A DNA stretch of 52,710 nucleotides, taken from IMG/VR virus record IMGVR_UViG_3300030376_003573, positions 1 to 52,710 of that record. One strand, written 5' to 3'. How positions within the stretch are numbered: the first letter of the stretch is position 1; each line of letters starts with the position of its first letter. The notes beneath the pieces are model-generated. The model saw only the letters and a program-made list of their open reading frames with translations. It did not search any database and was not told the origin of the DNA. The stretch is from a virus (lineage: Duplodnaviria > Caudoviricetes). The position numbers and the translations under genes were made by a program. Of the stretch, positions 36,864-46,993 are shown in pieces.

Positions 36864-39800
36864 ATGGAGGATAAGTACACATTAGAGGAGTTCGCTCAGA
36901 TGATCAAGGCTAAGCATCCTGAGTATGAGGACTTAGACAACCTTGACCTGGCTAACAGGATGCTGGAAAAGTATCCCACGTACCAGGATATGATCGTAAA
37001 AAAAAAAGACTCTTCGGAATCGCTTTCTCAAAACCCTTTTATGGCGTTTATGCCAGATTCCGAGGTGGCTTCTACAGATTTGGACTTCACACAAGTCACA
37101 AATCCTAACCCAGAAGCAGAGAAAAACTTTATCGGAGGATCGTTTGGTGAGTTTGTAAACTCCATCCCAGTAGTAGGGGACTTCATTGACGACACAGCCA
37201 GAGCCATCTACACTGGTCAGGGCGAGGGCGCCAAGATAGACGAGACCCTCAAGCTTATGTACGGAGGTACGGAGGTGGACAGGGAGACCGTACAGACTTA
37301 CGTGGATACTGTAAAGGACTGGCAGCGCCAGCAAGAGAGCGTAGGCATGAGTGACGAGATGCGCTCGTTCAATAAGATCTACGAGGAGAGCGGTAGTGGA
37401 CCATTCGGATTCTTCAAAGGACTGGCAAACAACCCTAGCGTAATCCCTGAGATATTCTTGCAGTCCATGTCTGGCATGGCAAACAAAGTTTCCGCAGCAG
37501 AGGGTGCCGCCATCATTGGTGGTGGAGCTGCTGCTGGCTCTGTAGCTCCAGGCGTAGGTACTGCCGCAGGTATTGCTGCCACTATGCCTACTGCCCTCGG
37601 TGTGATGGGTGGCACCCTGGAGACCTCTGCTTCTTTCTCTGAGTTCCTGAACGAGGAGCTAGGTGAGAGAGAGTTCAACGCAGACAACGTGCTTGCTGTG
37701 ATGCAGGACCCAGAAGCCTACGCTAGAATGCGCAACAAGGCTTTGACTAGGGGTGCAACTATCGGTGTGTTTGATGCCCTCGGAGGCAGGCTGGTACGAT
37801 CGGTAGGCGGGAAGGTACTTGCTAAGACGGGCAGCAAGCTGAAGACTACTGGCGTGGGCCTTGCTGGAGAGTCTGTCTCTGGCGCTGCTGGAGAGACGGC
37901 TGCAAGGGTGGCTGTTGGTCAGGAGCTCGACGTAGCTGAGATTGGATTTGAGGGCGTAGCTGGCCTGGCTACAGCACCAATTTCTGTAGGCACAGTGCTT
38001 CTGAACCCACCTAAGTACTCTGTAAACAAAGGCGCTGCCAACAGGAACGAGGTGCTCGACGTAGTGAATACCGCTACGAACGAACAGATTAAGGGTGGCT
38101 TACTCGACAAGATAGAAGTCAAGAACGACGCTGAGGTGACCGCTTTGATTGCATCAAAGAAGCGAAAAGCAGAGGTTGATGCACAGATCGACCCACGGGT
38201 GAAGGGCGAGGACAGAGCTAGGCTGGTGGAGTTGGAGACAGAGCGAGAGAAGTATGTGAACTCGAAGCTGAAGTCAGGAAAGAACAGACTCAGCGAGATT
38301 GACTCAGAGATTGACGAGATAACCAACCGCGCTGTAGAAGAATCTAAGGTGGAGCCAATTGAGCCCAAGCAGCCAGAACCTATCGAGGCTCAGCCACAGC
38401 CAGTTCAACCAGAGGTTGATCGCAAGAAGCTGTACACAAGAGAGGTGGTTTACGATATGGTTCGGGGTGCAATGGACTTTAACCTTAGTAGTGGGGGTGG
38501 AGTTAGAAAGCTGAGAGCTGCTTTGAATAAGCTTAACGATGCTGCTGATACGAACGTTGGTAAATCATACGAGCAAAGCGGATCAGTCGCCGTTAGGATG
38601 AGCGACGCCACAGACTTTATTGTAGGTGATATAATGATGAGTCTAATAAATGGGGACATATCTGTATCTGATATAGAAGCTTTCGCTGAAAAGTTTGACC
38701 AGCCACTCCCAGAAGCCCCTAAGCCCACTGAGCAACCAGTTCAACCACAGGCTGTAGAAACACAACCAAAGGTTCCTACGCAACCCTCTCCCCCAGAACA
38801 GCCTACGTGGAGACTCGACGAAGAAGCTTTGCTTCAAGAAGCGCAGCCTAAGTCGCAGATGTCTAAGCTTAAGAAGCTGTTTTACAGGAAGAGGAGGGAC
38901 GTAACCCTGAATGGTGTGCCATACGATAAGTTCTCACTAAACAGGGCCGCGAAGAAGTTATGGAACAGAACCTTCAAGTCTAACGCTGGGCTCAACAACG
39001 AGGTGGCGGAAACATACAGACAGCTCAATAGAGACATCGCTGCTTACAACGACAAGATCAACGTAGAAGCAAACGCAATCAACGACCTCAGGAAGAAGGC
39101 AGGGAAGGGAGCTGATGACAACCTTAGGAACAGCAGGTATGACAGAATTAATGCATACCTCACTGGAGATAAAAAGGTGGACCTGAGCTTTCTCGACCAG
39201 AAGGACTTGGAGGTCTTGGACTACTCAAGGGCTAGAATTGACACGCTGTCTAAGCACATAGTAAACGTCCTGAATCAGAAGATGCAGGAGACCAAGATGA
39301 CTGAAGCTCAGAAGGTAGCAACGCAAGAGCTTATCGACACCATTCAGTTCAACGAAGGTCAGTACATAAAGCGAACATACCAGGCGTTCACCGACCCTAA
39401 GTATCTGGAGGGATTTATGATGCCTTACGGAGACATGAACGAAGTAGCTAGAAAGAAGTTTGATGGTGCTGTAGATTACTTGCAGGCAGCTGAAGGCTTA
39501 AGTTTCGAAGATGCTCAAGCACAAGTTGTGAAGTACATAGATGGACTTGCTCGTGGTAACGGCTCGGAGATGGCTGTTGGAAGAGCGGGTGCAGCAGCGG
39601 CTAGGTTCTTGAAGCAGAAGAAGGATATCCCAGAAGCGTTTAGGGATTTGCTTGGTGAGGCTAAAGACCCGCTTTACAACTACGCCAATACCACGGAACA
39701 ACTCTCTGGGTTCTTGGCTAGTATCGACTACCAGCAAAACTTATCGGACACGATCCTGGGAATGGGTATTGCCACCGATCAGCCTAAGCCTGGGTACACA

Positions 39801-41618
39801 AAGCTGTCGCCTAACTCTAGCGATTGGTCCTACCTGAAAGACCTGTACGTACCTGTTGAGTTCAAGGAGGCGATGGATTCTCTCGGTCCCTTACAGACGC
39901 TAAACGACAACTTCTATAAGACGTTTGTAAACCTTACGAGTCTGGGTAAGCTCAGCAAGACTGTGCTCTCGCCAACTACTACTTTCAGAAACCTTTATAG
40001 TGGTGTCCTTCTTGGGTTGAATTCAGGACACCTGTTTTCTATGAGTCCAGACAAGATCGGTAAGTCTGCGGCGATGGCATGGGGACCAGTAAGGGACAAG
40101 AAACAACTACAGGCAGAAAGAGAACAGCTTATCAAGTTGGGAATCATCGGTGATGCAGCCCGATCGGGTGAACTCATGGCTACGCTGAATGACTTCGGAT
40201 CATACTTCGGTGACCCAGCCAAGCAGGGTGCGGGTAAGAAGGTTATTGATTTTGCTAAGCAGGCGTATGCTTTTGGTGATGACTTCTATAAGACTGTTGG
40301 TTTTTATCAGGAGAAGGCCAAGCTGATGGACAGCGGCATGAACGAAGTGGATGCCACGAACAAAGCGGCTGAGCGTATTCGCGGTGGTTACCCCACATAC
40401 TCTTACATCCCGCCAAACATCAGGAAGCTCAGAAGAAATCCGTTCCTTGGATCATTCGTCTCTTTCCCATATGAGGTAGTAAGAACCACAAAGAATAATC
40501 TTCTTTATGCTGCGGAGGACTTCAAGTCTGGTAGAAATAAAATGGGAATGAGTAGACTCGCTGGGATGACCATGGCTACAACTGGTATTGCAGCAATCTC
40601 CACGGCTTCTAAGCAGATGCTAGGCCTAAGTGATGAGGACGATGAAAGAATCAGATCGCTCGTTCCTTTTTATCAGGAAGATTCTGAGCTGCTATACATG
40701 GGCAAAGACGAGAATAGCGCTACGTTCATTGACGGTACAGCCTTGTTCCCGTCGGAGGTTATTGTCAAGCCGATACGAATTTTGTTAGAGAACCCTCAAG
40801 ACGAAACCATAGGCAAAAGAGCCGTAGATGCTCTAGAGGAAGCGCTAGGTCCTTACGTAGGATTTGATCTTACTAGTAAGTCTTTGATGGAGCTGTTTAA
40901 AAACGAAAACTCTTTTGGTAATCCCATATATAGCGAAGGGGAAAAGGTAAGTACGATACCGATTGTTAACGGTGTGTTCAATGATCCTACAGCTATGGTC
41001 AATTACCTCGCCAAGAAAGCTGGTCCAGGCGTTTACAACAATGTCCAGGAAATGGCAAGGGCATTAGAGATCAGCCCAGAAATATTCGGGGAAAAGGTAA
41101 GCTCATATCGAGAGTACAAACCAGAAGACGCGCTGCTTGGATTTCTCGGTTTCCGACAGTCAACAGTAAACTACTACCAGGCTGTTAAGAATAAGATTAG
41201 AGAGGATAAAGACATCATGAGCGAGGTGCAATCACAGCAGCTTAAGTCCATCTCTTCAAGCAGGATCATGTCTGAGGACGAAATACAGAAAGCCTTCTCT
41301 GCTTACAGGCAAGCCCAGGACAAGTTCAACAATACGGTCTTGGGGTACGCGGAAACAGGTAGAACGCTTGGCATGGCAGAAGATAAGATTGGTTCCTCTT
41401 TCTCCGATGGCGGTATGTCTAGAAGAGACGTGGCTCAGACCCTTGGGGGTGGTGCCATCCCTATGCGTATCGTTTCCAAGCAGAGATACGCAGATAAGAT
41501 AGACGCTCTGAGGGCAAATAAAGCCATATACGGCGATCAAAGGGTCCAAGATATGATAGACATGTACACGGCCAACGTAGAGGCGTTTAACGCCCTTATA
41601 CAGGCTCAAGAACAATAA
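36864..41618 (+). CDS. large internal virion (cargo/DNA-ejection) protein
   Basis: 1584 aa; Gly/Ala hydrophobic hairpins; PQ-rich linkers; C-terminal F.SFPYE..R region typical of podoviral ejection proteins. Confidence 0.7.
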   Translation: MEDKYTLEEFAQMIKAKHPEYEDLDNLDLANRMLEKYPTYQDMIVKKKDSSESLSQNPFMAFMPDSEVASTDLDFTQVTNPNPEAEKNFIGGSFGEFVNSIPVVGDFIDDTARAIYTGQGEGAKIDETLKLMYGGTEVDRETVQTYVDTVKDWQRQQESVGMSDEMRSFNKIYEESGSGPFGFFKGLANNPSVIPEIFLQSMSGMANKVSAAEGAAIIGGGAAAGSVAPGVGTAAGIAATMPTALGVMGGTLETSASFSEFLNEELGEREFNADNVLAVMQDPEAYARMRNKALTRGATIGVFDALGGRLVRSVGGKVLAKTGSKLKTTGVGLAGESVSGAAGETAARVAVGQELDVAEIGFEGVAGLATAPISVGTVLLNPPKYSVNKGAANRNEVLDVVNTATNEQIKGGLLDKIEVKNDAEVTALIASKKRKAEVDAQIDPRVKGEDRARLVELETEREKYVNSKLKSGKNRLSEIDSEIDEITNRAVEESKVEPIEPKQPEPIEAQPQPVQPEVDRKKLYTREVVYDMVRGAMDFNLSSGGGVRKLRAALNKLNDAADTNVGKSYEQSGSVAVRMSDATDFIVGDIMMSLINGDISVSDIEAFAEKFDQPLPEAPKPTEQPVQPQAVETQPKVPTQPSPPEQPTWRLDEEALLQEAQPKSQMSKLKKLFYRKRRDVTLNGVPYDKFSLNRAAKKLWNRTFKSNAGLNNEVAETYRQLNRDIAAYNDKINVEANAINDLRKKAGKGADDNLRNSRYDRINAYLTGDKKVDLSFLDQKDLEVLDYSRARIDTLSKHIVNVLNQKMQETKMTEAQKVATQELIDTIQFNEGQYIKRTYQAFTDPKYLEGFMMPYGDMNEVARKKFDGAVDYLQAAEGLSFEDAQAQVVKYIDGLARGNGSEMAVGRAGAAAARFLKQKKDIPEAFRDLLGEAKDPLYNYANTTEQLSGFLASIDYQQNLSDTILGMGIATDQPKPGYTKLSPNSSDWSYLKDLYVPVEFKEAMDSLGPLQTLNDNFYKTFVNLTSLGKLSKTVLSPTTTFRNLYSGVLLGLNSGHLFSMSPDKIGKSAAMAWGPVRDKKQLQAEREQLIKLGIIGDAARSGELMATLNDFGSYFGDPAKQGAGKKVIDFAKQAYAFGDDFYKTVGFYQEKAKLMDSGMNEVDATNKAAERIRGGYPTYSYIPPNIRKLRRNPFLGSFVSFPYEVVRTTKNNLLYAAEDFKSGRNKMGMSRLAGMTMATTGIAAISTASKQMLGLSDEDDERIRSLVPFYQEDSELLYMGKDENSATFIDGTALFPSEVIVKPIRILLENPQDETIGKRAVDALEEALGPYVGFDLTSKSLMELFKNENSFGNPIYSEGEKVSTIPIVNGVFNDPTAMVNYLAKKAGPGVYNNVQEMARALEISPEIFGEKVSSYREYKPEDALLGFLGFRQSTVNYYQAVKNKIREDKDIMSEVQSQQLKSISSSRIMSEDEIQKAFSAYRQAQDKFNNTVLGYAETGRTLGMAEDKIGSSFSDGGMSRRDVAQTLGGGAIPMRIVSKQRYADKIDALRANKAIYGDQRVQDMIDMYTANVEAFNALIQAQEQ

Positions 41619-41619
41619 G

Positions 41620-42054
41620 ATGGCAGACAAAAAGATTAAAGACACTAAGCTGGGTGCTTGGCTCAAGAGCAAAGCCCCGAACGTGCTTGACACAGTAGGT
41701 GATTTGCTTCCCGATCAGGGAGCGCTTGGGATAGTAAAGAACTTGATTGACAAAGACCCTGACGTAAACACCGACGAAGGTGTCGCCATGGTTGATGCAG
41801 AGATTGAGTTCCAGAAGAACGTGACTGAGCGATGGAAAGCTGACATGGGTAGCGACGTGAAGCTAGCTAAGATTATTCGCCCTATCACTTTGATTGCTTT
41901 GATGAGCATGTTTATGATCACCATGGTATTTGACAGCTTAGACAACTGGCCGTTCAATGTTAAGGACAGCTACATAGACTTATTGCAGGTGCTTATGCTT
42001 ACAGCATTTGGTGCGTACTTTGCAGGTAGAACTATTGAAAAGGCTAAGAAATGA
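41620..42054 (+). CDS. holin (3TM/GTA holin-like)
   Basis: RWKADM.SD..L.K.IRP, two TMs, GAYFAGRTIEK. Confidence 0.75.
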   Translation: MADKKIKDTKLGAWLKSKAPNVLDTVGDLLPDQGALGIVKNLIDKDPDVNTDEGVAMVDAEIEFQKNVTERWKADMGSDVKLAKIIRPITLIALMSMFMITMVFDSLDNWPFNVKDSYIDLLQVLMLTAFGAYFAGRTIEKAKK

Positions 42055-43676
42055 GAGCAGTAAGAAAATATCAGCAAGGCGGTGAGGTTCGATCTCTTCT
42101 TGAAAGGCTTGCCTCTCAGTCAGCACCTAGAGGTCCAGAGGCTGTGGCTTCCCCAGCTATGGCGCCAAACTATCTTGGTAGCTCTAACTTCGATCAGGTG
42201 TCTAGAATCGTAGATGCGATAGAGAGTGGAGAAGACATCGTGTATGATCCCTCTTTGTCTCCAGCCATAGCAGAGGAAAGAAGAGTCCGAGATCGTGCAA
42301 GACGATTACCTCAGACGAGATTCGCAGACGTAGATGGCATGCAAGTTCCTATGGAGTCTGGTGCTGTTCGATCGGTATCACCCATGAAGTTTGTTAGTCC
42401 TGTCGGGGACGTAGAAGATATGTTCTCTGGATTGCAGATGGCTGGAAGGGGGGTGAAGGAGGGTGATTTAGGTAAGGTGGCTGGTGGAGCTGGCCTGTCT
42501 CTTGCTGCGGGAGCCATGGCGTTCTTGCCTGGTAACCTTAGCATGGTTAGGTCATACGCTCAAAGCGTAGACAACGCTCCTCTCGACAGAATATTTAAGG
42601 GTATTGGTGGAGAGTTAGAGTCTCCTGAAGATATTGCTCTCGTAGTTGAAAAATTTAGTAAAGAAGAGCGGTCATCCATAGCTAAAGATCTTCAAGAAAT
42701 AATTGACTTGTCGTTTGATGAGTTCTCTGGTCTTGATTTAAGCAACACCGAAAGGATTGTACTTGAAGAGATAAAAGATGTAGCCACTCAAGGAGCCCCG
42801 TCATCCAGTTTGAAGCTTGCTCCCTCAATAGAAGAGACAAGAGGGCTGGGAGATATACCAGAAAGTATAGGTGACTTTCAGGCAGATTTTGAGCAATACG
42901 GTCCAAACGAGGTTATGGTTTCCTATACAGACAGGATGGGTAATTATGCGGAAATAAATTCTGCATCTGTGTCTGAAAAGCTCCCCAGCTTAGCTAAAGA
43001 ATATGGAGACCGATATGCCCACAGCATGAACATGGACATGACTGAGCTTAAGAAGCGACCAAATGTTGGCTTTACCGAGCAAAGGGAGCAGGCCAAGGTC
43101 ATGAACACCTTGATGTCGAACATACAGAAGGGTGATTTAATAGGGATACCAGAAACAGGTAGCCTTAGCTCGGACTCTTACCCCATGTTCCTTACTGAAA
43201 TAAAAAAAGGAAATAAGTATCTTTCTGCGAGCGATGAAGCTAAAAAGACCATCAGGAATCGTGGTGCAAAGATCATAGATAAAGTTCCTAAAGAAGAAGC
43301 CATAAGCTTCAGGACTTTAAATGATATGGGAGCATTTAGAAATTACTTTGGAATACCTGAAAAAGAACTAAGAAGGATTATGACTGACGGGTTTCTGACG
43401 GGATCAGGAACATCCAGGGCTTACGGTATGTCTGTAGAAGAGGCAGATAAGTACCTCCTTGAAATAAAGAACAAGTACATTGACCCTAAATTAAAGGAGG
43501 TTGGATTACCAGCAGCTAAAGTAGAACCTATACCAAAACAGCCTTATGGGGCTCCAACCCCAAAGGGAAGTAGGCTTCTATTCCCTTACCCAATAGTAGA
43601 AAAACTTAGACTCGGAGGCAAGCTAAAGGTGAAGAAGAAGCGTAAGAAAGGAATGATAGCTAAGAAGACTTACTAA
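42051..43676 (+). CDS. hypothetical protein, putative internal virion protein (KYQQGG)
   Basis: 541-aa ORF with GG motifs at both ends. Confidence 0.6.
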   Translation: MRAVRKYQQGGEVRSLLERLASQSAPRGPEAVASPAMAPNYLGSSNFDQVSRIVDAIESGEDIVYDPSLSPAIAEERRVRDRARRLPQTRFADVDGMQVPMESGAVRSVSPMKFVSPVGDVEDMFSGLQMAGRGVKEGDLGKVAGGAGLSLAAGAMAFLPGNLSMVRSYAQSVDNAPLDRIFKGIGGELESPEDIALVVEKFSKEERSSIAKDLQEIIDLSFDEFSGLDLSNTERIVLEEIKDVATQGAPSSSLKLAPSIEETRGLGDIPESIGDFQADFEQYGPNEVMVSYTDRMGNYAEINSASVSEKLPSLAKEYGDRYAHSMNMDMTELKKRPNVGFTEQREQAKVMNTLMSNIQKGDLIGIPETGSLSSDSYPMFLTEIKKGNKYLSASDEAKKTIRNRGAKIIDKVPKEEAISFRTLNDMGAFRNYFGIPEKELRRIMTDGFLTGSGTSRAYGMSVEEADKYLLEIKNKYIDPKLKEVGLPAAKVEPIPKQPYGAPTPKGSRLLFPYPIVEKLRLGGKLKVKKKRKKGMIAKKTY

Positions 43677-44170
43677 TAGTCTTTGTTGTACTCCCATACT
43701 CGGTAAGAGCCTATGGTCTTTAGGTCCGATAGGTAAATCCTAGTGATGATATCCTGTCTGTCCTTGCGCTGGTACTTCTTCTTGTAGGCGTCTGATTTGT
43801 AAGAGACAACCACATCCTCTACGTGGTCTTCACAGTACTTCTGTAAATCTTTGGTGTCCACCACACAGAACCCACCCTCTTCGGGCATATCGAAAGCAAC
43901 GATAGAGGAATAACCGTACATCCAGCCAGGATCTCCGTTTACGTTTTTAAACTCACACCATATCTCATCAGGTAAGTTGTTGCCTTTTACGTCTACGCCG
44001 TGATTGCTTCCTCCATCATGACTCAACCAGTAGTCTACATGCAAGTGAATATCCTGATCTTTTTGACTCTTAATTACTTTTAAGCCCAGCTTCTCTGCTG
44101 CTCTCTGGAATCGGGCCTCAGCTACCCTGCCCGTCGTAGAAGAATATACCCTCCTGTTTTGATTGTTCAT
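43673..44170 (-). CDS. PD-(D/E)xK family nuclease
   Basis: E..F...VDYW..VDVKG...WCEFKN...GW pattern. Confidence 0.65.
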   Translation of the reverse strand: MNNQNRRVYSSTTGRVAEARFQRAAEKLGLKVIKSQKDQDIHLHVDYWLSHDGGSNHGVDVKGNNLPDEIWCEFKNVNGDPGWMYGYSSIVAFDMPEEGGFCVVDTKDLQKYCEDHVEDVVVSYKSDAYKKKYQRKDRQDIITRIYLSDLKTIGSYRVWEYNKDY

Positions 44171-44402
44171 TTGTATTTGATTCGAGGTGTTCGTATGAAG
44201 CATCTTTGATCAGCTCCAACTCTTGATTGATTGATATTCTTTGCGAAGCAATCATGTTTGCTATGTTGCCGCTGTCGCATCGCGGGTTACCCTCCTGATC
44301 GAAGAGGTCTTCGTACAGCCTATCTACAAGTTCATGCAGCCTGACTGTCGCTATTCTGTAGCTTTCGCCTAGTTGTTCTTTTGTTAGCTCTTTTCTTACC
44401 AT
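44118..44402 (-). CDS. hypothetical protein
   Basis: Coupled ORF. Confidence 0.6.
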   Translation of the reverse strand: MVRKELTKEQLGESYRIATVRLHELVDRLYEDLFDQEGNPRCDSGNIANMIASQRISINQELELIKDASYEHLESNTNEQSKQEGIFFYDGQGS

Positions 44403-44850
44403 ACCCTAGTTCTTTAATTTTCTCTATTGCCTCTTCAATCTGCCGTTTGTTTTTGCAGATGAATAGTGCAGGGACTGGTTCTCCTGAGTCTATCAAGTGA
44501 TGTAGGAACAACTTCCAACGCATCGGGAAATCGTGATGCGAAGGGGTGTACCCTTTGGTTTCAATTACCCATCCTTTGTCTGGTCCTACAAAGTCTGGAG
44601 TGTATTTTATTGGGAGGACGACCTTGTTGGTTCTGTCCGATAGATCCTTTCGTTTTGATGTCATCTTCAGATACGTTCCTGGGTATCTAAACTTATCCAT
44701 CAGAACATATTCGTGTTTCTCGTAGTCAAAACTTAGCCCCGATTCAGCTAAAAGGTCAGCGCATGTTTTCTCCAACCCGCTCTTATACTTACCTAAGTTT
44801 TTTTTCTTAGCGCTCTTTCGTCTTGAAGTACCTTTTGCTTTTCGCTTCAC
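44332..44850 (-). CDS. T7 endonuclease I-like Holliday junction resolvase
   Basis: YKSGLE, YTPDF, IETKG. Confidence 0.8.
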   Translation of the reverse strand: MKRKAKGTSRRKSAKKKNLGKYKSGLEKTCADLLAESGLSFDYEKHEYVLMDKFRYPGTYLKMTSKRKDLSDRTNKVVLPIKYTPDFVGPDKGWVIETKGYTPSHHDFPMRWKLFLHHLIDSGEPVPALFICKNKRQIEEAIEKIKELGYGKKRANKRTTRRKLQNSDSQAA

Positions 44851-44867
44851 ACTGTGGAAGTTACAGC

Positions 44868-46685
44868 TTATTCTTTTAAAAACGAAGTGTTATCGCCCCA
44901 CTGCATATAAACCTGCTCAGATTCCTGTAAATCAAGGGGTTGAAACAAATCAGCTTGAGTCTTGTACAGCCTAAAACCAGTCCTCGAAGTGTTCATTTCA
45001 AAGCGCACTGGATCCTCTAGCGGACTCGGTTCGCCACCAGTTTCCACGTCTCTCACCTTGCGGATATGAAACTCCGTGACCTTTCTCTGATTGGGATCAG
45101 GGTGTTGAACCTTACGGTGTATCGTAACAAAGCAGTCAGAGCGATTCACAAACTTCCCACCCCCCTCTGTGTCCTCTGCGTATGGGGCTATGGGTAAACC
45201 GTCAGGCCCCTTCCTTCTCTGAGCTTCGGTAACCGCATGCATATTCAGCCAGACTGCTACGTTGTTTGAGGTGGAGAACGTAAGGAACTCAGATGCCGCT
45301 TCGTAGTGGTAGTCGTGTACACCTATCGAGCTGTTTCTCATGTCTAATTTTAGGCTGTTGTAGGGATCAACAAACACGGCATCAATGCTCTGTTGCTTGA
45401 GTATCTTTTCTAAGAAGACTATGATGTCTGTGTAGCTGTATATCTGCTTGTTGCTGATGATAATGAAGTGCTTACCTATCCACTCGTAAGCTCTTTTCCT
45501 TTGTGCATGGTTCATGGATGACACGGATTTGTTCATTGCAAACTGTATCAACGACATCTTCAAGGAGGCTGTACGGTTCTCAGACGAGTACACCACCCAC
45601 TTCCATCCGTGTCGCATGCTAGAATTTACCATCAGGTACAGCACCATGGTGGTCTTTCCCACGTTGCTGTGTCCGTTCACAATAACGAACTCCTTCTTGT
45701 ACCTAAAGAACTTGTCAAGATCCACGTCTCCAGTGTCTAAGCCTACTGGTATCTTCCCATTTGCAAAGTCGTCAATCCATCTAAAGTCTTCATCGTCTGA
45801 CGATATGAAGGACATATCACCATCGTTGATTAGGAGCTCTCTCTGTGCTTTCTTTTCGTCATTGATGGTGACCGTAATAGGATCTTCTTTTCCTTTATCT
45901 ATGGCCTCCCTAAGCGTCCTTACGGTATGCTCTTCGTCATCAACGTCTCGCTTGAGTATCTCTCTGCTCAGCACACGAATTACCTCATCCTCCTCCATGC
46001 GTCCAGCAGATATAAATCCGCCGCACAGCCTTCCCGCCCGTAGCAAGGTGGCATGCTTATCTCCGTCAGAGCATTGACGAATCATCTTAGCCGCTAGATT
46101 TAACTTTAAGTAATCTGTGTAACTCTCTGATTGTGAGACAGCTACCTGCTCTTGCTTAGAATCTACTTGAAGCGCACCAAAGACATTACTACTCTCATTT
46201 AGTATGATGTCTGGGTCGTATGATTCGTAACAAGCTCGACTCTCATTAATTCCAGATACGTCAACCTCAAGGTCGTATTGCTTCTTGAAGTAAGCTACTA
46301 GCGCTCTGAAGTGATCCCTGTGTCTTTCTGGATTTGTAACCCTAGCCAAGGCCTTGATTCCGTCTCCCGAAGGGGACACCCAACAGGCATATACGTAGGG
46401 GTCCGTGCCTATTACTGGTTTCGACTTCTCTACTTCTATATGGTCGAAGTCTAAAACTATGAAGGAGCTGTGCTTTTGTATTTCGCTGTCCTTTCTGGCT
46501 CCAAACTCACCGCTAAAAAGAACTACAGGCAAAGCCTTTTTAAACTCCTTCTCCCCTGATCTAACCTTTTCAATTTTGTCCTTTGATGACCCGTCTTTGA
46601 TTCTTTTCAAAGCTGCCATTACGGGAACCGTGTGTGCGTCACTTGCGCTTTTCTTGTAGAGATTTTTGTAGATAGTTACTTGCAT
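44868..46685 (-). CDS. primase-helicase: VirE_N/BT4734-like domain plus DnaB-like helicase
   Basis: LPVVLFSG..LDFD..SPSGDGIK; GHSNVGKTT Walker A; FVDPYN Walker B. Confidence 0.82.
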   Translation of the reverse strand: MQVTIYKNLYKKSASDAHTVPVMAALKRIKDGSSKDKIEKVRSGEKEFKKALPVVLFSGEFGARKDSEIQKHSSFIVLDFDHIEVEKSKPVIGTDPYVYACWVSPSGDGIKALARVTNPERHRDHFRALVAYFKKQYDLEVDVSGINESRACYESYDPDIILNESSNVFGALQVDSKQEQVAVSQSESYTDYLKLNLAAKMIRQCSDGDKHATLLRAGRLCGGFISAGRMEEDEVIRVLSREILKRDVDDEEHTVRTLREAIDKGKEDPITVTINDEKKAQRELLINDGDMSFISSDDEDFRWIDDFANGKIPVGLDTGDVDLDKFFRYKKEFVIVNGHSNVGKTTMVLYLMVNSSMRHGWKWVVYSSENRTASLKMSLIQFAMNKSVSSMNHAQRKRAYEWIGKHFIIISNKQIYSYTDIIVFLEKILKQQSIDAVFVDPYNSLKLDMRNSSIGVHDYHYEAASEFLTFSTSNNVAVWLNMHAVTEAQRRKGPDGLPIAPYAEDTEGGGKFVNRSDCFVTIHRKVQHPDPNQRKVTEFHIRKVRDVETGGEPSPLEDPVRFEMNTSRTGFRLYKTQADLFQPLDLQESEQVYMQWGDNTSFLKE

Positions 46686-46917
46686 CGGAGGTGGTTCCTA
46701 CTTGTTTGATAGAATAAATGTTCTCTATTAAAACCGTTCTGTTCTTGGCCTTCTTGGTCAGTAGCTCATCTTGCAGCCTTCTCATGGTCTTCATGTCATG
46801 CTTCATGATGTCAGACGGGCTGTCGTATAAGCTAACAATCCAAATCTTTTTAGACACTGGCCTCTTGTTTTTGATAATCGTAGCTTCTGCTTCGATATAG
46901 TATATAGGCTTACCCAT
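46639..46917 (-). CDS. hypothetical protein
   Basis: Coupled ORF. Confidence 0.6.
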   Translation of the reverse strand: MGKPIYYIEAEATIIKNKRPVSKKIWIVSLYDSPSDIMKHDMKTMRRLQDELLTKKAKNRTVLIENIYSIKQVGTTSDASNYLQKSLQEKRK

Positions 46918-46933
46918 GTCTGAATATTAGGGG

Positions 46934-46967
46934 AAAGAAAGGGGGTGGAGCCCAAGCCCACACCCCC
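46934..46967 (-). terminator. intrinsic terminator after the SSB gene
   Basis: Minus strand GGGGGTG...CACCCCC followed by TTTCTTT. Confidence 0.65.
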
Positions 46968-46993
46968 GTTCCACATGAAAAACAAACTCTCTT

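Noticed and set aside
44856-44863. Minus-strand TAACTTCC as a promoter for the resolvase gene
   Set aside because: Two mismatches to TAnnTTTG, so it cannot be supported
8032-46077. Many antisense or alternate-frame ORFs inside large genes (e.g. 8032..8613, 37919..38368, 45514..46077)
   Set aside because: Shadow ORFs of well-supported genes with no motifs of their own
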